A stretch of 64,000 nt of DNA from Solirubrobacterales bacterium (GCA_035548675.1 DASZSJ010000016.1:796-64795), one strand, 5' to 3'; numbered from the stretch's first letter, positions 50,500 through 58,825 are shown. Numbers and translations: made by a program. The notes: generated from the sequence alone by a model not told the origin.

Positions 50500-50832
50500 A
50501 TGGACCCCAGTCGCGCCAAAGAGCTGCTCGCCGCGGAGCGCGAGCGGGTCGAGCGGGAGCTCGCCGCACTCGAGGCCGGAGGCCCGGAAGAGGGCGACAA
50601 CCGCCGGGAACCGGGCGACGAAGGCTCCGAGGGTCTCTACCAAGACGAGTTCGACGCCGGGCGGCTCGAGGACCTGAAGAAGCGCCTGGCCGCGGTCGAG
50701 CGGGCCGAAGAGCGCCTCGCCGCCGGCACCTACGGGCTCTCGGTCCGCAGTGGCGAACCGATCCCGGACGAGCGGCTCGAGGCCTTCCCGACCGCCGAGC
50801 TGACGGTCGAGGAGGCCGAGCGCGGCGGTTGA
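50500..50832 (+). CDS. DksA/TraR-like protein lacking the zinc-finger cysteines
   Basis: A coiled-coil N-terminal region is followed by GTYGLSVRSGEPIPDERLEAFP. This resembles the C4 zinc-finger region of the family, but no Cys is present. Confidence 0.45.
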   Translation: MDPSRAKELLAAERERVERELAALEAGGPEEGDNRREPGDEGSEGLYQDEFDAGRLEDLKKRLAAVERAEERLAAGTYGLSVRSGEPIPDERLEAFPTAELTVEEAERGG

Positions 50833-50849
50833 CCCGGGCTGCGCTCGCC

Positions 50850-51212
50850 CTATTCGAGCAACACCAGTGCGACCGTAATCAGCCCCAGGGCGGCCCCACC
50901 AGCCGCAAGCGCTCCCTGCGCGACCCCAAGCGGCTCGGCGAACCGCCCCTGTGCGAGCGCTCGGTCCACCGCCCGGCGGCGAAGGCTGCCGTAGACGATG
51001 ACGACGATCCCGTAGATCGCGAAGAGCACGCCGGCGACGACGTACGGCCAGCGATGCGTCGAATCGGCCAGCTCAGGAATCACGCGGCTGACCGCTAGCG
51101 CCAGAGCCAGGATCGTCATCCCGGTCCGCCACCAGGCAAGCTCGGTCCGCTCGCTGGCCAGACGAGTCCGCCGAGTCGCATCGACCGAGGACCGCGGGGG
51201 CGTGGGAGTCAT
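50850..51212 (-). CDS. DUF202 (YidH-like) membrane protein
   Basis: RTRLASERTELAWWRTGMTILALALAV is a typical DUF202 motif. Three TM segments. Confidence 0.7.
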   Translation of the reverse strand: MTPTPPRSSVDATRRTRLASERTELAWWRTGMTILALALAVSRVIPELADSTHRWPYVVAGVLFAIYGIVVIVYGSLRRRAVDRALAQGRFAEPLGVAQGALAAGGAALGLITVALVLLE

Positions 51213-51371
51213 CGCCGTTCATCTTGGGCGACGGCGCGGATCGAAATAGGCCGCGCGGAGGAATGCGGCCAGGCAAGACCGCTCGGGTTAGGACGAGACT
51301 CCACTTCTGTCCTTCGAGACCGCGCCATAGGTGGACAGCGCGTGCGCTGCGGTCTAACGTCTGCGCAAGCG

Positions 51372-51677
51372 ATGGTCGTAGGGGGAATGGGAACACCCGA
51401 CGATGAACCGACTTTCCGGGCGGTTGTGCCCGAGGGCGCTCACCCAGAGTTGGTCGAAGAAGAATTCGACCTCTTCCGCCGGCTGATGGCGATGATGGAG
51501 AAGCGTCTGCCCGACATCCCCAAGGACCGCTTGGGCGACTTACTCCCACAGGCTCGCAGCGAAGATCCCGAGATAGCCGCCGTCGCCGCGAGGCTGGAGG
51601 AAGTCGTGGAAACCCATCGCGGAAGCGTCATCCGCATGCTCTGGGAAAACGACGAGCGCCGAGAGGGACAGGAGTAA
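51372..51677 (+). CDS. hypothetical protein
   Basis: ORF 51342..51677; the start is uncertain. I recognise no family. Confidence 0.35.
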   Translation: MVVGGMGTPDDEPTFRAVVPEGAHPELVEEEFDLFRRLMAMMEKRLPDIPKDRLGDLLPQARSEDPEIAAVAARLEEVVETHRGSVIRMLWENDERREGQE

Positions 51678-51747
51678 ATAGACCGGGATGTAGTGACTTC
51701 GCGTTCAGCGCCCCGTTCTCCCGGAGAGACGCCTGCAGTTCCTCGAA

Positions 51748-52146
51748 CTACTGGACGGCACGCCAGAAGACCGTCGCCACAACTCCCTCGAATTGGCCTT
51801 TGTCGGTGCCGGCGATGACCTCGTTGACTTCCGGCCTCACGCTGATCGCCAACGCCGGTGCTATCGGTACGACAAAGCGACGAGCCTGACCAACCAAACG
51901 AGCATCGAGTTCGACGTTTCCGATCGTCCCCGAGAATCCCCCGTCCGTGTCCTCGACAAATGCCCACGTCTTGTCGTCGACCGAGTCTGCAAGCCACCAT
52001 CTGAGCGTAGTCCCGGTATCTGGCTCCCACTGCTCGACTCTCAAGGCAACGATGACGGTAACGGCCGATGAGAAGTCACCTGGGATCCGAACGAGTTTTC
52101 GCTCGGCGACAGTCCCGAGGTCGACTATCTCCGTGTGGGTCGTCAT
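51748..52146 (-). CDS. hypothetical protein (132 aa)
   Basis: ORF whose ATG overlaps the stop of the upstream 67-aa ORF by 4 nt. I recognise no family. Confidence 0.45.
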   Translation of the reverse strand: MTTHTEIVDLGTVAERKLVRIPGDFSSAVTVIVALRVEQWEPDTGTTLRWWLADSVDDKTWAFVEDTDGGFSGTIGNVELDARLVGQARRFVVPIAPALAISVRPEVNEVIAGTDKGQFEGVVATVFWRAVQ

Positions 52147-52346
52147 GCCCGGCCCCCTCCCGATTCGACGGCCCTGAGAGCAGATCCATAGAGCACGGAG
52201 GCTGCCTGCATTGCGAGTCGTAGGCGACGACGTCGATCAACCTCGGCAGCACCCTGCTCCTCTTCATGGAGGCGCAGTATGTGGCCCTGCATTTCTTGGT
52301 GCGTCGGCAGATCCCCCTGGATCGGGTAAATGTATGCCCTCCTCAT
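52143..52346 (-). CDS. hypothetical protein (67 aa)
   Basis: First gene of a two-gene overlapping pair. I recognise no family. Confidence 0.35.
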   Translation of the reverse strand: MRRAYIYPIQGDLPTHQEMQGHILRLHEEEQGAAEVDRRRRLRLAMQAASVLYGSALRAVESGGGRA

Positions 52347-52611
52347 CCAGGCCGCTTGCCTTCAATCTGAGCTTCGTCGAGACCTCTCCGCGCGTCCTCG
52401 TGCTCCTGTGAGGCATCCGCTCAGCATCAAAGGCAGCCATCGAGGTGTCGATAAGCCCGTCAATGCTTCCCGTTCGCCTGGTCTGTTGCTTTGCCGTGCT
52501 TGTCTTCCATGGATCGCTTGGGGCGCGGACATCGGGATCGTCTCCGGCAAATGACCTGACCGGCGGGGCCGATTGGACTCGGTCCGGGCGATCGGGACCA
52601 TGTAGTCAGCG

Positions 52612-53074
52612 GTCGTCATCAACGAGAAATCGAGAGTTCCGGCGATTGACGAGTCCGCTTTGGAGCGGCTGAGCGTTGCGCTCGACCAGGAGGGGGTAGT
52701 CGCCACCACGCTGATTGGCTCGCAGGCGCGCGGGACACCCGGTCCGCTTTCGGATGTCGACATCGCTGTTTGGCACGACGAGGGACTCGATCCTGCCGAT
52801 CGTTTGCGTCTTCAGCTCAACCTGGCATTGGCCGCCTGGCGGGCTCTTGGCACGGACGAGATCGACATCGTCATGCTCAATAAGGCTTCGCCGCTACTGC
52901 GCTAGTAGAGGGGCGACTAGAGACGCACGGCTGCTGGTGGAGCGTGATCCGGTTGCTCGGGTTCGGCTCGACGCGCGGGCGCTTCTCAACCACCTCGACA
53001 CCAAGCCGCTGAGAGCGGAGATGTCACGGGGCCTTCCCAAGCGGATACAGGAGGGTCGCTTTGGTCGACCCTGA
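52612..53074 (+). pseudogene. MntA-like nucleotidyltransferase antitoxin, decayed copy
   Basis: It aligns with the intact paralog 53781..54251 (VVINEKSRVP.ID..AL.RLS.ALDQ...GSQARGT.GPLSDVDIAVWHD). The start codon is GCG instead of ATG, with an in-frame stop just upstream. There is a stop at 52903 and a frameshift around 52885-52900. Confidence 0.8.
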
Positions 53075-53240
53075 GAGCGTTGACGCCTGGCTCGAGCACC
53101 TTTCGAGTTGCTCGCCGAGTCGGAGCGCCTACCTGGAGGTGGATGACGACAAGGTTTGGGACGCCGTCGGCACCTCGACGACCTGCGCGCATTCGCCGCG
53201 ATCGTCCAGCGATTCGAGGGCCGACCACCGCGCCGGGCCG
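53061..53240 (+). pseudogene. HepT-like (DUF86/HEPN) toxin remnant
   Basis: LVDPESVDAWLEHL... and, in another frame, HLDDLRAFAAIVQRFEG match the N- and C-termini of HepT 53366..53836. The middle of the gene, including the RX4H motif, is missing. Confidence 0.6.
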
Positions 53241-53263
53241 TAGGTCGCATCCGCGACCTACGG

Positions 53264-53362
53264 CTGAAAGGCTGACGAGCCGCCGCTTCAGGAGTGGGAT
53301 TGCGGCGGTTATGCGACCGGGATGCGACTCGTCCGGCGCGGTCGTTTCGACCGAAGGTCAAG
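53264..53362 (+). repeat. family R repeat, copy 1 (long form)
   Basis: ctgaaaggctgacgag...ggagtgggattgcggcggttATGCGACcgggATGCGACtcgtccggcgcggtcgtttcGACCGAAGGTCAAG. It ends 3 nt before the HepT stop codon. Confidence 0.75.
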
Positions 53363-53365
53363 GGC

Positions 53366-53836
53366 TTAGTCGCCGGTTGAATCGCCTTCGGAATGGGCCA
53401 GTTGTTCGACGGTGGACCCGAACTCGCGTAGATCGTCGAGGTGCGCCAGTGAGGCAAACACCGCGCGATCGTCGATCTCTAGATACAGGTGCACTATGAG
53501 ATTGCGCTGTTTGGCCGCCTCCGCTAGTCGCTGTGCAAGTTGAGCTGGAATGACGCCGCCCTGCCCGAGGGTCGTGAAAACGTCGGCATAGTCGGATGGA
53601 GGCTGCGCCGATTGCTCGCTGACGAGCTGGGTGCCGAGGTCGATGCAGATCTGGACCGCCACCTGTAGCCAGCGCTCGGCTGCGGCACGCTGCTGCTCGT
53701 CGGCGAGATAGGCGTCCTCCCCGGCCCGACGCACCTCGTCGAGACGCTCGATCAGCCCCTCGAGCCGCTGTATCCGGGCTTCAACCCGGTTCGCGTCGAC
53801 CAAAGCGCCCTTCCCGTATCCGGCGACGCACACCAC
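53366..53836 (-). CDS. hepT: HepT-like HEPN (DUF86) RNase toxin
   Basis: RX4H motif RNLIVH and DUF86-like helices (RWLQVAVQICIDLGTQL). The start is uncertain: GTG at 53836 or TTG at 53806. It overlaps mntA. Confidence 0.75.
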   Translation of the reverse strand: MVCVAGYGKGALVDANRVEARIQRLEGLIERLDEVRRAGEDAYLADEQQRAAAERWLQVAVQICIDLGTQLVSEQSAQPPSDYADVFTTLGQGGVIPAQLAQRLAEAAKQRNLIVHLYLEIDDRAVFASLAHLDDLREFGSTVEQLAHSEGDSTGD

Positions 53837-54251
53837 GACCCAACTCTTCGCGCAGCGGCACCGTGTCGAGGTAATCCAAGATCGCTCGCGTCTCCAACCG
53901 GACCCGTTCGTCGTGATCCCGCTCGACCAGGCGCTTGGCGTCGCGGATGGCGCGATGGCACATCAGCGGTGGCGCGTGATTGAGCAAGACAATGTCGATC
54001 TCGTCGGTGCCCAGTGCCCGCCCGGCCTCACACGCGATCTTCAATTGAAGATCGAGGCGACCACGGGGATCGAGGGCGGGGTCATGCCAGACGGCGATGT
54101 CAACGTCCGACAGTGGGCCGACGGTCCCACGGGCCTGCGATCCGATCAGCATCGCGGCAACGACGTTGTCTTGGTCCAGAGCGTGACTGAGCCGCTTCAA
54201 AGCAGCATCGTCGATCGGCGGAACTCGCGATTTCTCGTTGATGACGACCAT
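53781..54251 (-). CDS. mntA: MntA-like nucleotidyltransferase antitoxin
   Basis: Minimal nucleotidyltransferase motif GSQARG...SDVDIAV. It lies upstream of hepT and overlaps it. Confidence 0.8.
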   Translation of the reverse strand: MVVINEKSRVPPIDDAALKRLSHALDQDNVVAAMLIGSQARGTVGPLSDVDIAVWHDPALDPRGRLDLQLKIACEAGRALGTDEIDIVLLNHAPPLMCHRAIRDAKRLVERDHDERVRLETRAILDYLDTVPLREELGRGVRRRIREGRFGRREPG

Positions 54252-54312
54252 TGCCTACATCGTCCCCGATCACCCGGACCGAGTCCAATCTGATCGGACG
54301 TACGATCCGCCG

Positions 54313-54456
54313 ATGAACGTGCGGAGCATGCGCCCCGATGAAGTCGACGCCGCGGTCAGCGTGTGGCGCGAAGCCAACAACGCCCGTGGTGCGCCGCACG
54401 GGCCTGAGCGCACAGCTCGCATCCGCGTGAAACTCTCAGCCCCGGACGCACTGCCC
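54313..54456 (+). pseudogene. GNAT acetyltransferase N-terminal fragment (48 codons)
   Basis: MNVRSMRPDEVDAAVSVWREANNARGAPHGPERTARIRVKLSAPDALP matches the first 48 aa of the GNAT gene at 56706. About 15 nt of upstream sequence are shared too. Homology stops abruptly. Confidence 0.8.
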
Positions 54457-54522
54457 GGAACGCCTCGGCGCGCCTCGGCACCACGTTTCAAGAGGAACCG
54501 CCGCAAACGGCTCTGCACCGGG

Positions 54523-54590
54523 CTGAAGGTGGGCCGCTTGGGGAGTGGGGTTGCGAGGGTGATGCGACCGAAATGCGACCACCAGCAACT
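54523..54590 (+). repeat. family R repeat, copy 2 (short form)
   Basis: ctgaaggtgggccgcttggggagtggggttgcgagggtgATGCGACCgaaATGCGACCaccagcaact. The Fic stop codon follows at 54599. Confidence 0.75.
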
Positions 54591-54598
54591 GATTGGCG

Positions 54599-55777
54599 CT
54601 ACGACGAAATGATCTGCACCACCTCAGGCGCTACATAGAGGCGAGCATTTCGAGAAAGCCGCGCGTGCGCTGGTTCCAAAATATTCAGTGACACGAGGGT
54701 GTTGATCGCATTCTGGGCGCCCTGACCCGACAAGCCAAGGCGCTTGGCAACCCAGGGCCGATCGACGTAAGGACGACCAACTAGATCGGCGGCCAGTCGC
54801 TCGGCAGAGCCTCGCTTGTTCGCATCTTGCACTCGACGGCGCAACTGCTCCTGCAGGGCGACCAGGCCCTCGACTTTCTGCTGAGAGTCAAGGGCTGATG
54901 CAGCAACACCCTCAGCAAAGAAGCTGACCCACCGATCCCAGTCCCCATTGCAGCTGAGGCGCATGAGTTCCTCTTGATAGAGGTCGCGGCGTTTCTCAAA
55001 CCACGGAGAGACCACGAGGAGCGGCTCTCGGATGACCGCACCGCGCAGCAGCTGAACGATCACCAGTAGGCGGCCGAGCCTCCCGTTCCCGTCGGAGTAG
55101 GGATGGAGCGACTCAAACTGATAGTGACCAAGCGCCGCAAGGACGACTGTCGGCAGTTCAGGAGGCGAAGCGATCCATGCGAGCAACTCCTCGACGCCAC
55201 CGCGCAACTGGTCGCCCGGGGGCGGGGGCACGAATCGCGCCTCATCAAACCCGGCGCCACGAGCGCCGATGACAACGATTCGGTCGCGGAGCCCTCCGGC
55301 ATCGGATAGCTCGCCGGCGGTGTCGCGAACGAGTGTCTTCTGCAAATCACCCAACATGCCGATTGTGAGTGCGCGATCTTCAGGCCAAGAGAAGGCAAGC
55401 TCAGCCATCCGCTCAAAGTTGAGGACCTCAACCAGCTCAGCGGAGAGCTGCTGCCGATCGTCGCCCTCCGCCGCGAGAACGTCGGCGAATGGAGCGTATG
55501 TCCCCTCCAGCGCGCTCGTACTCTGCGCCTCACGGCGCAGGGTGGGTCGACGAAGGAGCGAGGGCTCGGGAATACGCCGTGCCGCGCCGTCGAGTCGAGC
55601 CAGCGCTGCGGTCGCCGAGTTAACGACGTTCCAGGTCTTCGTTGAGAGCACGATCTCTCGGGGCAACGGATCGGGCAGGAAAGCTTCGCCCTCGACCATC
55701 TCGTGAGTAACTGGATCCGGTCCAAGAATGGGAATTAGGCTGCCGATGGGGCTCTGCTCAAGAGTGGCCGTATCCAC
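54599..55777 (-). CDS. Fic/DOC family protein with an N-terminal inhibitory motif and a C-terminal wHTH-like region
   Basis: Fic motif HPYSDGNGRLGR and inhibitory-helix-like STSALEG. GTG start. Confidence 0.85.
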   Translation of the reverse strand: MDTATLEQSPIGSLIPILGPDPVTHEMVEGEAFLPDPLPREIVLSTKTWNVVNSATAALARLDGAARRIPEPSLLRRPTLRREAQSTSALEGTYAPFADVLAAEGDDRQQLSAELVEVLNFERMAELAFSWPEDRALTIGMLGDLQKTLVRDTAGELSDAGGLRDRIVVIGARGAGFDEARFVPPPPGDQLRGGVEELLAWIASPPELPTVVLAALGHYQFESLHPYSDGNGRLGRLLVIVQLLRGAVIREPLLVVSPWFEKRRDLYQEELMRLSCNGDWDRWVSFFAEGVAASALDSQQKVEGLVALQEQLRRRVQDANKRGSAERLAADLVGRPYVDRPWVAKRLGLSGQGAQNAINTLVSLNILEPAHARLSRNARLYVAPEVVQIISS

Positions 55778-55809
55778 AGACGCAAATATATCGCCTAAAA
55801 TTTGCGTCT
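55778..55809. promoter_or_regulatory. perfect 10-bp inverted repeat abutting the Fic start codon
   Basis: agacgcaaat, then a 12-nt AT-rich loop, then atttgcgtct. It begins 1 nt upstream of the GTG. It could be an operator, or the terminator of the upstream nucleotidyltransferase gene. Confidence 0.45.
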
Positions 55810-55917
55810 AGCTATGGACAACGCAAGTTGTCTTGTGCCCACAGAAGAATTCCCTGGAAATGAGCCGGTAACGAGCGAGCGAGGGCCAGTAGATCGCCGG
55901 GTAGATCCGGCTTTCGC

Positions 55918-56259
55918 TCATCCGGCAAGGACGCGGCCCTGCGATAGGGCTGCGTGGACGAGGCCGCCGCGGACTTCCCGCCAACGATCGGCATAGTCGC
56001 GACTTACCACGACCACATCTGCCGGCATACGCAAATCGCGCAGGGTCCGGTGCAGTCGCACCGACTCCTCGGCCTCATTGGCGACCTCGGGCTCAACGAC
56101 AAGGAAATCGACATCGCTATGTGGGTGGGCCTCTCCGCGGGCATGGGAGCCAAAAAGAACCACCTGCGCATTGGGGGCAGCAGCAGCCAAGCGGCGTCCC
56201 GCCTCGGCAATCAGCGCATCGTCAATGGCTCTCATCGTCGGAATGGTAGTCGTCGCCAT
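55918..56259 (-). CDS. minimal nucleotidyltransferase (MNT-type), no cognate HEPN ORF evident
   Basis: GSHARGEAHPHSDVDFLVV. It is clearly paralogous (about 70% aa identity by eye) to 59654..60001. Confidence 0.75.
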   Translation of the reverse strand: MATTTIPTMRAIDDALIAEAGRRLAAAAPNAQVVLFGSHARGEAHPHSDVDFLVVEPEVANEAEESVRLHRTLRDLRMPADVVVVSRDYADRWREVRGGLVHAALSQGRVLAG

Positions 56260-56355
56260 GGATCGAGCCCGGCACCACTCTGGTTGTCATCCCGGAGCTC
56301 CGATGCCACTCGACCTCATTCCACAATGAGAGTTCTTGTCTGCGACGATTGACCC

Positions 56356-56706
56356 GTGCTGAAGCTCGTATCGCTCAAGAACACATGCACCGCGTGTCCA
56401 TCCCAGTGGGAGGGAACCCTTGAGGACGGCCGGGCAATCTATGCGCGCTATCGCCACGGCGAACTGAGCGTGGGCGTCGGCAATGACATCAACGAGGCGG
56501 TCCGAAACGGAATGTCCGATCGAGCTCTTTATGCGAACGACACAGGCAACGGACTCGATGGATTCATGGACTTCCAGGAACTGAAGGCCCAGATGCATGG
56601 GCTACTGGAGTTCCCTGCAGATCTAGACGAGCACGATCGTCGACCGAAACTGCGATCCCGAAATGCCGAGAAAGCTGCTCGCGCTGCCCGACGTACGATT
56701 CGTTGA
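56356..56706 (+). CDS. hypothetical protein (116 aa)
   Basis: GTG start. The stop overlaps the GNAT start as TGATG. It contains CTACPSQWEG. I recognise no family. Confidence 0.5.
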   Translation: MLKLVSLKNTCTACPSQWEGTLEDGRAIYARYRHGELSVGVGNDINEAVRNGMSDRALYANDTGNGLDGFMDFQELKAQMHGLLEFPADLDEHDRRPKLRSRNAEKAARAARRTIR

Positions 56707-57326
56707 TGAACGTGCGCGCCATGCACCCCGGTGAGATCGACGCTGCGGTCAGCGTGTGGCGCGAGGCCAACGTCGCCCGTGGCGCTCCGCATGGGCCTGC
56801 GCGTACCGAGCGAATCCGCGCGAAACTCTCAGCCCCAGACGCACTGCCGTGCGTCGCGTTGCGCCCAGACATCGTAGGCATGGCGCTCGCCGAGCCCGGG
56901 AGGCTCGATGACGGCGCAGGAGACCTCGATCCAACACTCCTGCACATCTCGATGGTTTTCGTTCGTCCCGCTGCACAGCGCACAGGAGTCGGGCTCCCTC
57001 TTGTCATGTACGTCCTCGACGTCGCACGGTCGAGCGGTTACAGACGAGTGCGAGTTTGGACGACGCAGGAGAACCGCGCGGCTCGCAAGCTCTACGAGAG
57101 AGCTGGGATGACCCCCACTGGCAAAACCACTCCCCTCCGGTCGAGCGTGGCTCTCCAGTACGAATGCCCGGTAGAAGAATCACGGCGCCAAGACCTCGGT
57201 GTCGATGACGTTGCTGACCTTTGGGCCGAGATCACGCCGGCATCTGAAGACGAGAGTCTCGAGCTCGCCGGGGACGAGCTCCGTGCGATGCGCAAGGAGA
57301 AACACACCAAGGAGGGTCAAAGCTAA
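56706..57326 (+). CDS. GNAT family N-acetyltransferase with an acidic C-terminal extension
   Basis: Acetyl-CoA-binding motif A-like VFVRPAAQRTGVGLPL and ENRAARKLYERAGM. Confidence 0.8.
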   Translation: MNVRAMHPGEIDAAVSVWREANVARGAPHGPARTERIRAKLSAPDALPCVALRPDIVGMALAEPGRLDDGAGDLDPTLLHISMVFVRPAAQRTGVGLPLVMYVLDVARSSGYRRVRVWTTQENRAARKLYERAGMTPTGKTTPLRSSVALQYECPVEESRRQDLGVDDVADLWAEITPASEDESLELAGDELRAMRKEKHTKEGQS

Positions 57327-57328
57327 TC

Positions 57329-57547
57329 GTGCGAAGGCCTCTGCGACGCGTCTTCCTTCTACTTGGCACCTATGTGGCTCTCTTGGCGGCCGTCGTCTTC
57401 GCGGGCTTCCTGGGAAGCGCAATTGGTATTTGGGCCGCGATCCTCTGGGGCGTCGGAGTCATCAGCGGGCTCGTCATCTATGGACGCCGACGCCTGAATC
57501 GATCCCGGAGTCAAATCGCTCTAGAAGGCCAGCCTCCATCGGATTGA
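57329..57547 (+). CDS. small membrane protein (72 aa, 2 TM segments)
   Basis: GTG start 2 nt after the GNAT stop. It has hydrophobic segments. Its stop lies inside family R copy 3. Confidence 0.5.
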   Translation: MRRPLRRVFLLLGTYVALLAAVVFAGFLGSAIGIWAAILWGVGVISGLVIYGRRRLNRSRSQIALEGQPPSD

Positions 57548-57617
57548 AAGGACGGAGGTCTTCCGTACGGAGAGTGGCTTTGCCGAGGTGATGCGACCGA
57601 AATGCGACCGGCAACTC
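57543..57617 (+). repeat. family R repeat, copy 3 (short form)
   Basis: attgaaaggacggaggtcttccgtacggagagtggctttgccgaggtgATGCGACCgaaATGCGACCggcaact. The VapC stop codon is at 57616. Confidence 0.75.
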
Positions 57618-57993
57618 AGGGCACGCGGATGTCGACGAGATCTTCAATCAACTTGAAGTCGTCGGCGTTCAGGGTCAGCAGGGGCACGCCGTGAACATTC
57701 GCGGTCGCGGCAATCGCCAGGTCGAAGGCGCGGCGCCGGGGCTGGCCGCCACGCTGCGCCACGGCTGCATAAAGGCGACCGCATTCGCGCGCCGCCGCCG
57801 CCTCGAAGGGCAGAGGGTCGAAGCTCTCCTCGATTGTGCCGAGCCGGCGCAGGCGTACAGCCCGGACCTCCTCATCCGCCGCGACCAAGACACCGAAGTG
57901 AAGCTCGGTGAGCGAGACGACGCTGATCGCGACATCCTCATCGGGATCCTCGCTGCCGCGTATGAGGACCGACGTGTCAAGCAGGGCCGGCAC
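57616..57993 (-). CDS. vapC: PIN-domain toxin VapC
   Basis: MPALLDTSVLI..., with conserved acidic residues and downstream-of-antitoxin gene order. Confidence 0.85.
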   Translation of the reverse strand: MPALLDTSVLIRGSEDPDEDVAISVVSLTELHFGVLVAADEEVRAVRLRRLGTIEESFDPLPFEAAAARECGRLYAAVAQRGGQPRRRAFDLAIAATANVHGVPLLTLNADDFKLIEDLVDIRVP

Positions 57994-58000
57994 CGAGCCG

Positions 58001-58246
58001 TTACAGCGCCCAGGGGTCGCGAAGTTCGCCGCCTACCTTCTCGAGGTCGGCCTCGAGGGTCGGGTCGACGGGCGCCCTCCAGAGCTCAGCGAGCTGTGAG
58101 CTCGGCACCCAGCGCCGGCCCTTGGCAGGCCCCAGGGAAGCGACTGGCCGTCCAGAAACAGTGATCGTCAGCTCCTCGCCCGCTTCGGCGCGACGCAGCA
58201 CCTCGCCAACGTTGTTGCGCAGTTCCTTCTGGGGAATCGTCGCCAC
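58001..58246 (-). CDS. Phd/YefM-type antitoxin
   Basis: MATIPQKELRNNVGEVLRRAEAGEELTITVSGRPVA. It lies immediately upstream of vapC. Confidence 0.8.
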   Translation of the reverse strand: MATIPQKELRNNVGEVLRRAEAGEELTITVSGRPVASLGPAKGRRWVPSSQLAELWRAPVDPTLEADLEKVGGELRDPWAL

Positions 58247-58306
58247 AGTCCCACGGTAGCAGTTCTGCTACCTGCGAGGGTCTTCGGTTCTGCTGGAAGC
58301 CGTTGA

Positions 58307-58825
58307 CTACTTTTCGACCCCGCAGAGCTCGAGGTCATCGCGCTTCGCCATCCACTGAGCGGTCCGATCGGACATGGCCGCTTTGAGGGAAAGGAGTTTT
58401 GCCGTTGCGACATTACCTTTTTCCATTTCCTTGGCCGTCTCTTTGATCAGCCCCAGCGTTTCCTCGTCTTTTTCCAGCACGGCTTCAATTGCATGGGAAT
58501 CTCCGCTAGGAGGCTCGAGTTCCCGCAGTTCCCGAATCCCCTGTTCGGACTTAGGAAGAACCTTGCGAAGGATGGCAGCGAATTCCGCGACTTCCTCAGG
58601 ATCGTCAAGCCCCGATTCATTTAGTCGATCCAGCTTTTTATTCCAGGCGGCGACATCTTCGTCTTCATCCGCTGCCTGACAGATTTCATCAGCCCGAGCG
58701 ATCCATTCGGACTTGCTCAGATCCCCACTCGCTGACGTAGATCCGGTCGAATTAGAGGAACCCTCTCCGCAGCCTGCCAGAAGAGCAAGCCCCGCCAACA
58801 ACGCCATCAGACACGCTCTCCGCAT
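58307..58825 (-). CDS. lipoprotein of unknown function
   Basis: Internal ATG giving MRRACLMALLAGLALLAGCGEG (lipobox LAGC). Lower GC than the core genome. Confidence 0.6.
   Translation of the reverse strand: MRRACLMALLAGLALLAGCGEGSSNSTGSTSASGDLSKSEWIARADEICQAADEDEDVAAWNKKLDRLNESGLDDPEEVAEFAAILRKVLPKSEQGIRELRELEPPSGDSHAIEAVLEKDEETLGLIKETAKEMEKGNVATAKLLSLKAAMSDRTAQWMAKRDDLELCGVEK

Noticed and set aside
52362-52763. A 133-aa minus-strand ORF spanning the gap upstream of the decayed MntA copy.
   Set aside because: It is antisense to the MntA-homologous sequence, has Ser/Arg/Pro-rich composition, and lacks any start context.
55812-55994. A 60-aa minus-strand ORF downstream of the MNT gene at 55918, as the missing HEPN partner.
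   Set aside because: It overlaps the 3' end of the MNT gene in another frame, has no RX4-6H motif and is too short for a HEPN domain.
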